A program made the translations under genes and the position numbers. This document shows positions 53,351 through 64,000 of a stretch of 64,000 nucleotides of DNA, piece after piece. The notes under the pieces are model-generated. The model ran no database searches. It was not told where the DNA came from and saw only the letters and a program-made list of their open reading frames with translations. How positions within the stretch are numbered: the first letter of the stretch is position 1; the number at the start of each line of letters is the position of its first letter. The DNA is from Macrostomum lignano. Taxonomy: Eukaryota. The stretch spans positions 10,650-74,649 of the forward strand of contig NIVC01003831.1 of the NCBI GenBank assembly GCA_002269645.1, given 5' to 3'.

Positions 53351-56300
53351 TCTCTCTGATGGCTGCACCAAAAAAGCTGGAGGCACTCAAATTTAGCGAA
53401 ATCGAGACACTAGTAACAGCAACAATCCGGCCTAAGAAGAGGCTGGTCATCGCTGAGCGCACCAGATTTCTAAGCCTCAAACAAGAGCCAGGTGAATCGA
53501 TCAGCACTTACTACCGTCGGCTTCGAGCAGCGGCGGCGCTCTGCGAATTCGAGGAACTTGGGGCCAAGCAGTCCAAGGAAAACGTCCTCATCGCAATGAG
53601 ACTGATCGACGGCCTTGCCTCTCCCGAACACAAAAAGAGAATTTTGGAGCAGCTTCAAGGCGAAGAAAAACTTCTTGACGATATTCTGCAAAACCTGCAG
53701 CAGCTCGAGCAAATTCAACAATACAACAAAGGCACGACCAACAGCGCTTCATCAGGCGCGCCCGTCCCCCTAGAGATCGCTTTTGCAGGGCAACCAAGAA
53801 CAACTGGTGCAGCAGCCAAGTCCCTGCCTATGCAGATTGACACGGGCGCCGAGGTGAGTCTACTTCCGCAAAATCTGTGGGTCAAGCTCGGCCGCCCTTC
53901 TCTCAGGAAGTGCAGGCGAACACTCAGGCAGTACGACGGATCCAGCATTTCCTGTCTAGGAGAATTCACTGCCTCCCTAGAAACCGACACCAACTTTGTC
54001 ACACTGGACTTAATCGTCACTGAGGCAAGCAAGCCACATGGACTGCTGGGAAGCTGCAAGGGCAAGGCTGCAAGGGGACGCTATTACAATCAACGCTGTC
54101 GGCCAGCTAGGATGTCTCAAAAACTTCAAAGCCAAGATTCGCCTTGTTGACGGAGCAAAACCGTTTTACTGCGCAGCTAGGCCCGTTCCCATTCACCTGC
54201 GAGACAGGGTTAACCAGGAACTCAAGCGAATGGAGGCTGAGCAGATAATTGAACCTGTTCCAGCCGGAGGGAGCCAGTGGCCTCACCAATTGTCAGTGTG
54301 CTGAAACCTAACGGAAAGGTGCGCGTCTGTGCTGACTTCAAAGCAGGAGTTAATCATCAAGTGTGCAACGATACGTACCCGATGTCTGAGATGGAGACAA
54401 TCTTCGCGGAGACCTCTGGAATGTCACACTTGTCCGAAATCGACCTCTCAGATGCTTATTTACAGATAGAGCTTGACGAAGACAGCAGAGAGATCACCAC
54501 CATCGCCACGACTTTGGGCCTCTATCGCTATAAGCGTCTCGTTCCAGCCCTCAAATCAGCATCATCTATCTTTCAAAAGGCAATGGAATCAGTCCTTGCC
54601 GATATCACCGGCAAGATAGTTTATCAGGATGACATTCTTCTCGACGGAAAATCTGACTCAGAGATCGACTCAAAGGTCTAAACTGTCATAGCTACCCTAA
54701 AGAAGGCAGGAATGTCAACCAACTTGGAAAAATCAACCCTCAATGCTAGGGAGGTCTCATTTCTCGGATACAGAGTCAGCGAGAGAGGAATTTCTCCTGA
54801 TCCAAATCTAGTCGATCGGATCCGCGCCGTCAAGACTCCTGGAGACAAGAAGCAACTAGAATCTTTTCTTGGCCTTGCCAACTTTTTTGGTAGATTCATT
54901 CGCAACTACTCACAGATCATCGAGCCACTCAACCGGCTACGAGCCAAGAACGAAAAGTTCAGTTGGGGACCCGATCAGACTCAGGCCTTCGAGCGAATCA
55001 AGGCCATTCTTAGCAGCGCCAGTCCTACAGCCCTACGACAAAACTAAGGAGACGACTCTTACCACAGATGCCAGTGAGAGGGCCATCGCCGCTGTGCTCA
55101 CCCAAAACGGCCACCCGGTTATATACCTTAGCAGACGGTTGAGCACCACGGAGTCGCACTATTCGAATATCGAAAGAGAGGCCCTCGCCATCGTTTGGGC
55201 GAATGAACGCGCCAAGCAGTTCCTTCTCGGTGCCCGATTCACTCAACGGACAGATCATCGGCCTCTAGAGTTTCTCTTTGGAGCACGGCGGCAACTTCCA
55301 AAGGTGGCGAACGCTCGACTACTTCGCTGGGCGATCAAGCTAATGGCCTTCGATTTTGACACGATCTACACAAAAGGCGAGCACATTCCACATGCTGATG
55401 CTCTCTCTCGCCTTGAATGCGACGGTGAACTATCTGAATCAGAACCTGCTGCCTTGGAATGTCTGGTTCATTGGGCTGGCAGCCCGGTGATTCCATGGGA
55501 GGAGCTGCAAGCGGAGACCCAGCGCGATCGTCTACTCCAAGATATTGCTTAGCGAGTCGCATCAAGCAGATGGTCAGGATGCTCCCCAGCTGAGAGGCCG
55601 TACAAGTCAGTTCGCTATGCGCTGGTGATAGACGACGGCATTCTCTGCTACGGCGATCGACCGCTGATTCCTGCGACACTCAGACAGCATAGCGCTGATT
55701 CTAGCGACACTCAGACAGTCTTGGATCAGGTACACAATGACTCGCATCAGTTAACCATGGAAACTCGCGCACTCATCCGCAACTCGGCCTGGTGGCCAGG
55801 ATATTGCACGGACGTGGAGCAGCACGTGCCCAACTGCCCCACCTGCACGCGAATTCGGCCCTCTGGCACAGTTACGGTACATCAGTGGCCGAAAGAAGAC
55901 GAGACGTGGCATCGCGTGCACATGGACCACGCCACAATCCCGAAAGTTGGACTGGTGCTCATTCTAGTCGATGCAATGTCGGGATGGCCTGAGGTCCTGA
56001 GAGTACCAAACCGCGATGCTGCGACTGTTAAGGCCGCTCTTCAGTCAGTATTTGCTAGAAACGGTGTCCCGCACGTCCTAGTTAGTGATAATGCCGCTGA
56101 GTACTACGACGCTGGACTGCTGTCCTGGCTTGAGCGAACCGGCTGTCGAGCCCTCAAAACTCCTCCAAGGCATCCGCAATCGAACGGACTCGCGGAACGG
56201 ATGGTCGGCTCGATCAAGAGGGCGTCGGCGGCCTGGGACCAAGCGTCGGAGCTGTATGACTCGTTCCTGTTCAGACTCCTACTCAATTACAGGTGCATTC

Positions 56301-57042
56301 CGCACGCTGGTCGGGCCCAGAGTCCAGCACAGCTCATGGGACGGCAGCTGCCACGATGAAGACGCCAATTAGAGCCAACATCTGGTACGCACCGGGCGCA
56401 GGGCTCAAGCGCGAACCGGCCGAGTTTCTATGTCAGAAAGGGACGAACACGGCCATCATCGCCCGCCAAGGCGGTCGCACCGTCCTGGCGCATGCAGACC
56501 AGCTGAGTGAACGCATCGAGGCCGGAGCCGATGATCCGGCAACCTTCCGCGCCACGGACGAGTGTACGATGCTGCCAAAGCCGCAAACCAACTGCCAAGG
56601 TGACGTGCGCAGCAGTGGCAGCGATGCCGCTACTGCGGCCGCTGAGGACGGCGAAATTACCGGACTGCAGGGCGGGGAGGCCACCGAGTTGCATCGGCCG
56701 CAGCCTGCCGCCGGCCCCTCGCCGGTGAAGCTGCCTCGCTATCCGATTCGTTCTACAAGGGGCCTGCCGCCAGCTCGATTCCAAGGGGGGAGATGAAGTG
56801 ACGGTTCGTTGGTTAGTTAGCATGGGTAACTGTGTTCGGTTTGTTGCTTAGCTTTATTCAATTAGACTTTATTCAGCTAACTTACTCACTTCATTCAATT
56901 CCAAACTTCTATGTACTCTGTAAACCAATGCAACCAATGCAATGCAACCAATGCAACTTAGACTGTTCTACTACTGCAAATATATCGCAAGAATTTATAC
57001 TCGCTTAAACAACATTCGATTCCTGACTTTCGCGTCACGTCA
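52816..57042 (+). mobile_element. Degenerate Ty3/Gypsy LTR retrotransposon
   Basis: 5' LTR 52816-53166 and 3' LTR 56794-57042 (internally deleted), TG...CA ends. PBS tggcg at 53168. PPT aagggggga before 56794. Flanks aagac/aagat. Domain order PR-RT-RH-IN. Confidence 0.94.
53167..56796 (+). pseudogene. Gypsy gag-pol broken by stops and frameshifts
   Basis: Protease IDTGA. RT DLSDAYLQ and YQDD. RNaseH TDAS and EREALA. Integrase HHCC, SDNA and HPQSNGLAERM. Split over six or more ORFs. Confidence 0.9.
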
Positions 57043-57393
57043 AAGATGAAGGTTAGCTGATGCAGAAGTTATAAGAAACTCGCCTATATCTACTGCAAAG
57101 CGAACAGAACGTTAACTGCGTCTCGTCCACACTTTTGTTCAAAGTTCTCCTTGGTTCATCGAGCCAGTTGAAACCGCCTGTGCCTGCCCCTGGAAAAGTG
57201 AGCAGAGGCGAGGCCAGCTTCTCTAGAAATCCTTATAATAATATTGGCGACGCGGCCCGGGCTTACCTATTGGAGTGAAAACTCCATATCAACTGTAGAT
57301 CTTCTCGACATTCTTAATAATCTCTGGCTACCTCTCAGTCTTCTCTCCCTTTTTACTTCGATAGAGCGATAGAAATCGACTCATAAAACAATC

Positions 57394-59786
57394 ATGGGCA
57401 ATTATAGCGCAGCGATGCCGGCCAACTCTAGCAGCAGCGGTCAGTTGGCTAACAAGCCGGCCGTTCAGACCCGGCAAAATGTGGCCATCGAGATGTTGAC
57501 GCCGAATGCGGACCTGGACTTCGACTTGGTGGACGCATCGCCGCCTTCGGTAGCGGGTCAGCAGGCTGGGGAAAAGGTAATCTATTTGGTGCCTATCTGT
57601 GCAGAGATGTGTCAATGACGCATCGCCGCCTTCGGTAGTGGGTCAGCAGGCTGAGGAAAAGGTAATCTATTTGGTGCCTGTGAGCCGTCCCCGTGCGCTG
57701 CGCGCCCTTGTCAGCCCCGCTGTTCAATGTACTCTCTCTCTCGCCAGCCAACTTAACCCTTTGGCCCTTGCAATATTCAAACCCCCACACCATTCAGTTC
57801 TTCTCTCCTCTGCAGCCAATCGGCTTGAGCTTTGGGCCTTCTAGCATTATGTACATCGTATTGCATATCGATCGATCACAATATATAATAGCACGCAAGG
57901 CTAAGTGGACGCCTAACCTTTTTCTCCATTCGCAATTAATTGAGCCTTTACAGTGCCTAGCTGTCAGAGATGTGTCAATGACGCATCGCCGCCTTCGGTA
58001 GTGGGTCAGCAGGCTGGGGAAAAGGTAATCTATTTGGTGCCTATCTGTCAGAGATGTGTCAAAGCGACGAAAACTGATTTAAATTTTGTGTGATCCCGCT
58101 AAAATGGCCTCTTTTAATGGCGGGATCAAAGAACCTACAACTACGCTCGTATGTGTTGATTCAATACTATGAATGCATCTGTCAAGTCCGTAATGCGTCC
58201 TTAAAATTATCGGATTATTCTTGTATAAGTACACTCCTCACTGATTAAAAATTAACTAAAAAAAGAGCGATGCAATTTTCCTTCTCGCCCAAAAAACAGC
58301 GACTAGTGGAGGTTCGAATTGTATTCACAAAGATTGGTGACATCGACACGGTCCACGAGTGCTTCGAGGCTTCCGTATATTTGGAGGTGCGGTGGCGAGA
58401 GCCGGCTCTCGACAAAGCAGTCACCACGGTTGACACTTCGAGTCTCTGGCACCCAGATCTGTACGTGGACAACTGCATTGGCGACCTCAAGCACCAAAAA
58501 GAAGTCGAAGTGATTCGAGTAGAATCTGGAGACACTTTCGTACAAGAGAAGCACAGCGTTCGAGGCAAATTCCACGAGCAAATGGAACTGTCGCACTTTC
58601 CTTTCGACACGCAGGTTCGTTAAGATTATGGAATGGCTTGCTGGACACCTTGCTACTCCCAACGTTATACAATGAGTTCAATGGATAACGAAGTATATTC
58701 CTTTTGATAGAAATTTTGATAGAAATCTTCTGTACGACAGAATTTGATAGAATTAAACGTACTGAGCTCCGTCATCAAACAGCTCTATGCCCCAAAACAA
58801 CCTGCAGGATCTAACGGTAACAGTGTGCTCCAATCTGCCAAACTCAGCAATCGATCTGCATGAAATGTCCGAACGTCCTTGTCGCGTACTCACCAACACA
58901 TTTATGGACGCCCAGGAGTGGCATCTGCACACACACGTGGACGCGACCAAGGCGTTGATCCATTCGGACAGCCATATTGGGCCAAGAAAGAGATCGGCGC
59001 TGCGCTTTACAACCAGAGCGACTAGAAAGTCAGTGTTCTACATGGTGAACATCTGGCTCGTGTCGTTCATTCTGTGCGCACTGGCCATGTGCGCGTTTTG
59101 CTTGGATCAAAAAAAATTGTCAAGTCGCTTGAAGCTCTCTTTCACCCTGCTGTTAACCACCATTACATACAAGTTTGTGGTTAATAATAGCATTCCAAGG
59201 ATCGCATACCTCACTTTATTGGTAAGTCGAGAAGATTTGTGTAGCTCCCTCGATGTTACATGATCTCCAGATGTTTTTTCGTTCTATCGATGTTCCCAGC
59301 TGGATTTTTAATGCTGCCGGTTGACCTGTTTTGACGAGTTGCTTCTCCCGGCTAAAAGTACACTAGCTTGCATACACGCTATACCTCGAATACCCAATTT
59401 AGTATTTTGTTGGGTATGAGTAAAGGCCTCTCCTTTTTAAAAAAAAAACATCATTTTCAGGACAAGGCAATACTTTACAATCTCCTGTTCCTCGTGCTGC
59501 TGATTGTTTGGCATTCCACTACCGGTCAATACGATTCGCGTAAAATTGAGAAATTCGCCATAGTGGCATTCACTGCGGTCTACTTTCTTGGCGTAATGGT
59601 TTTGGGGATTACGGTTCTGTGCGGGGTGAGTGAGGCGGCTTGATAACCCGGAAGTTTTCCACCCTCTCAAACACGAAATAATTTGATCTTGAGAGACTTA
59701 TTCAAACTGGTTTACTAATATTTCTAACATTTCTGTAGGCTTGCCGACGCAGATGGGCAATTAACGATAAGGACAGGCAGCATGAG
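57394..59786 (+). CDS. Cys-less (Pro-loop) pentameric ligand-gated ion channel subunit. Exons 57394-57576, 58300-58614, 58808-59221, 59461-59625, 59739-59786. Terminal exon not identified.
   Basis: All introns phase 0, GT-AG. Motifs KIGDIDT, LEVRWRE, LWHPDLYVDN, FPFDTQ. M1-M4 helices, with M2 RLKLSFTLLLTTITYK and M2-M3 linker PRIAYLTLLD. Confidence 0.88.
57533..58060 (+). repeat. Triplicated ~85-bp segment containing the channel exon-1 end and 5' splice donor
   Basis: gacgcatcgccgccttcggtagYgggtcagcaggctgRggaaaag|gtaatctatttggtgcct at ~57533, ~57617 and ~57980. Confidence 0.9.
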
Positions 59787-59821
59787 GTGAGTCTATGGAG
59801 CTTAGGAGAGAATGGGAATAA

Positions 59822-59824
59822 GAA

Positions 59825-59869
<45 letters not shown>

Positions 59870-59928
59870 CTAAGACAGACAGACAGACAGACAGACACAC
59901 ACACACACAGACAGACAGACACACACTA

Positions 59929-59965
<37 letters not shown>
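59822..59965. repeat. (GACA)n/(CA)n microsatellite
   Basis: Read directly from the sequence. Confidence 0.93.
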
Positions 59966-61361
59966 TGTAGCTCGTACTGAGCCGATCAAGCTGACGTCAT
60001 GCAGCAACGGTCATCATGGAATAAACACGCCACTCACTGTACCACTGCAGATCCGACTTTTAAACTACGCCTCGGCGAAAGGTTCGCTGCAGAAGGACAC
60101 CGGCACTTCGCACCGCCAGGGAACCTAAAATTTGCCGTTTCGAGAATTATTTTAATTCAATCCTGCATAACGGCATTTTTCCGTTTAAATGCAAATTCAG
60201 TTCCTCTTTGCTTTTCAATGTTGTGATCTAATGATGCATTTGACGGTACTGTACTTTATTACCTTCCATTGTCGCTTTTGTATCTACTTTGGAGCTCCTA
60301 GTCCTGGCCCAATGTTTTGTCTTATCTTCTCCAGTCTGTGTGTCTGTGTGTCCCTCCCAATCTCCTCCCTACTCGTAACTTATTGTTAGCTGTATCTTCT
60401 TGAGCATAAAGTACCTTACTGCATTTTGGTACCGCTGCACTGGACCTGTTCCCTTGAGTTGGTTTAATTGCCCCACCCCCTGCCCTGCTATATCCTCTCC
60501 CCTTATTTAAATTACTTGCTCCCCGTGGTCACTGCATTGGCTGCACCCCATTGTGCTTAGCGTGGCTGCAGTCAATTCTCTCTCTACCTCAGCCCCACCC
60601 GCCGTTTCTCTTACCCTACAGCTTAAGCCCCACCCCAATTTTGTGTTAATGATTTGCGCTCGCACCGCCATCAAGCCGCTACAGCCGTCCCTGCGCTTCT
60701 TCCACATCCCAAGTCAAATATACAACGTAATTCGTGAATGTGTGAAGTCGCCTAGAGCGACCAAAAATGCCAACAACCGTATGTGTCGTCCTGCTTCTAT
60801 CCTTTTGGGTTTATAGTCAGGGCATTGTCACCAGGGCCTGCGCGTTCGATGCGACCCTACTTGGTTGCCGGCCTACCGCCTGCGCGTTAGTGCCACGGTG
60901 GGTTGGCAAGCAGCAGGGCTGAAGTGCCGAGTCTCACTGCTCTTACCGACAAAGCTGACCTGGTCCAACTATTAACTAAGAGTATTTTTGTCATTGAAAT
61001 AGTTAATAAATTAAATATATTTGTGTTTCTGAATGTATTTCCTTCAATACACCCTGGCGCAAGGCCTTCGGCGACATCATCATCCCACAAATCACAGAGC
61101 TGAGGCAATTCTATCCATTTTTGTTGACTCCCAAGCACACGCAAGCGCGCCAATACTGTACGCAGGCCCACACTCGTACACACGCTCACACAGGGTGTAC
61201 AGCGGCACTGACTTTCTAATCGTCAGGCAATGTCTGCTTGTAAATCAGATATTTGCTTGCATAATATTTGCGTCACTGATTAGACAGATTTTTTGCACCT
61301 TTAAACAAGTACCGTTTATCGCATCCGCAAAATTGTAGCTATTTTAGACATATTTTAGACT

Positions 61362-61705
<344 letters not shown>

Positions 61706-63448
61706 TTTAAAAAAGTTTTGTGCATAATTTTGTATAGTATATTAAAGTGGACAGAAAGGGAGGGGTCTCCATAATGAAAATTCTATAATGTGTTGTGCTA
61801 CAGGCCGGATCGCGACTCTGATTATAACAGTGAACGAGCCGAAGATGGCGTCAGTCAACTGGCCGGATTGACTTCGGACTCTGCGCGGGGGATCGCGTCA
61901 GGAGACTTGATCAGCCCGTCCCTATTGCACGGATTAGTTCCCACCAGTCCCTCAAAAAAGAAAGTCAACGCGACTCTGTTTCTTCGGGTAACAGCGGTGG
62001 CGGAAGCAGGGGAGGCTTCTCTCAATTTTCGCTCTTCAGTTCTGGCTGGGTAACTTCTGAGTAACCGCGTATAACTTCGGGTCTGATTGCAGTACTAGAA
62101 TTTATGGCTGTGTCTTGCACAATTTAACCAAAAAGATGCCTCCCCTACCGCCGCTCCTGCACACATTTATATTTACGCTAGCTGATTGAGCCCTGGGTAT
62201 CGCTACCCTAGGCCCAGCTAGCCAAAATTACGATCCTCTTATAAATTTACAAAGTCGGGGTCGCGATTGGAGGGGGGAAAGAATACAAACCGATTGGCTG
62301 GACCACCAGCCAATCGCAGGGCGAGCGAGGAGGCGCACTGGAGTCGCAGCCAGCCAAAGCCGGCTGGCCTAACAGACAGTGGGGTGGGTGCCTATACTCT
62401 CATTGGAATATAGCACTGTAATATGTGGGTAATCATTAGTTCCTTTTATAATATTTTGCACTTAAAACTGTAGCTTAAAAAAGTTAAATAAACTAGCAAA
62501 TTAAGTACTCGACAATTATTAAAATTATATACAGGTACCTCATAAATAATTTACGATAAATAATTTTCGCGACGTAAAAAATAATTTTTGTTTGCATAGC
62601 ACTTTCTGTTTAATTTTAGATAAGTAAAAAACTTTGCGATTGCTTAAGCATGTTCATTAGTAAAACGGCCCTTTTTAGGCCCCTTGTCACGACACAACAA
62701 AAACTTAAGGCAGCTGCACTCGTAAGAAGAGTTAAACATGTCAGTGTTTTGTCGATGCACGAGTTAATTGAAATAATTTAAAAAAGCCATACTATTGACG
62801 ACCATGCAGCAAAATCCATATTATACTATACATGTATGCTATCTATTAATACTATTGTCTACTACCCCTATCTGATTACATATACAGCAGGTACAGCTGG
62901 CCTGTTTGATAATCCATATGAATCCATGCAAATTTGCATGTGATGATTCCGCAGATGAGTTATTTCTATGGTTTGTCTAAATATATGTCTCAACTTAGAA
63001 ACCTGGCTAATCGAGAGCTGCGTTATAACAATCACATAGACTAATTCTCCCACTCAGATTATTATGAACCTCATCGCGCGATAGATAAAAAACAATTGCT
63101 TAAATCTATTTTTGAAACGCAAAGCGCAGACTCCCTAATTGATATTTGTATTTGAAATTCGAGTTAATTCTCACGCAGATAAACAATACGGTACCTTGAG
63201 CCCCCTGCACGCTTTTGAGGTAAGTCTTTGCAGATCTAATCTGTTGTAATTATTATTCTTGGTCATTTCCTTTCTCTCCTCTCTTCCCCCGTGCCCTGCA
63301 GTTAGCTAAGAAGCCGCTGCTTATCCAGACGGAATTGTCTAAATCAAAACGCCTTGGAAGTTTTCTGCTTTCAAAGTTTCTGTAGAAGTTCCAACTAAAA
63401 GTCCGTCGCTCTACCGGGATTGATAACTGAAACGCGCACAAACAAGAC

Positions 63449-64000
63449 TGAAGTGACGGTTCGTTGGTTTGTTAGCATGGGTAACTGTGTTCGGTTTGTT
63501 GCTTAGCTTTATTCAATTAGACTTTATTCTGCTAACTTAGTCTCTTAACTTCATTCAATTCCAAACTTCTATGTACTCTGTAAACCAATGCGTACTCTGC
63601 GCAATTCAGTGTACATCATTGCGCTAGCCTTGCCTCGCCTTAAGTCTCTCCACTTACTCAGCCATGTAATGCACCAGTTCAATATTCACAATATTCAAGT
63701 GTTTCGTCAAGCAACTTAGACTACTCTACTACTGCAAATATATCGCAAGAATTTATACTCGCTTAAACAACATTCGATTCCTGACTTTCGCGTCACGCAA
63801 TGGCGTCGCAAGCAGGCGAAATTAGGAGTCAAGAACTCAACCTCAACGATCCTGAACTCGCTGAGGCTTGGATGCAGCAGCTCTCCGCCACGGCCCGCAT
63901 ACGGACATAAGGACAACTTACGGACACGGACAAAGCGCGGGATAAAACTGACTTGTTCCTGTCCAAGGTTGGACTACAGGCGATCCGGACGCTCTCTCTG
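63449..64000 (+). mobile_element. Second (duplicated) Gypsy copy: 5' LTR 63449-63799 and gag start at 63800, running off the window
   Basis: Near-identical to 52816-53350. A small insertion near 63900 introduces an in-frame TAA. Confidence 0.92.

Noticed and set aside
61790-62053. Terminal exon of the ion channel
   Set aside because: The phase-0 reading gives only AGSRL*, and the long ORF is in an incompatible phase; unresolved

Overview
Animal (invertebrate) genomic DNA: GC-rich exons, AT-rich or tandem-repeat-filled introns. The style resembles the flatworm Macrostomum, but this is inference only. Six host genes were assembled by hand from GT-AG boundaries with consistent phases: a Sushi/CCP-like multi-domain gene (-, partial), a complete 12-exon cobalamin-dependent methionine synthase (MTR, +), an orphan Q/K/E-rich gene (-), a secreted PAN-like + ALK/LTK-type glycine-rich-domain protein (-), a class-2 DYRK kinase (-) and a Cys-less pentameric ligand-gated ion channel (+). 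Mobile elements: a near-intact Ngaro-type tyrosine-recombinase retrotransposon (1749-6132), a dead mariner, a degenerate Ty3/Gypsy element plus the start of a duplicated copy, two MITE families and a CORE-like tRNA SINE. The strongest candidate novelty is a predicted intron inside the Ngaro element (donor 2290|2291, acceptor 4700|4701). It would fuse the SAP-domain N-terminus of ORF1 in frame to the ATG-less tyrosine recombinase. Other leads: splice-signal-like motifs in intronic minisatellites, a MITE-related motif forming an MTR 3' splice site, and a duplicated donor creating a possible cassette exon in the channel gene. All coordinates were read by eye and no database search was run.
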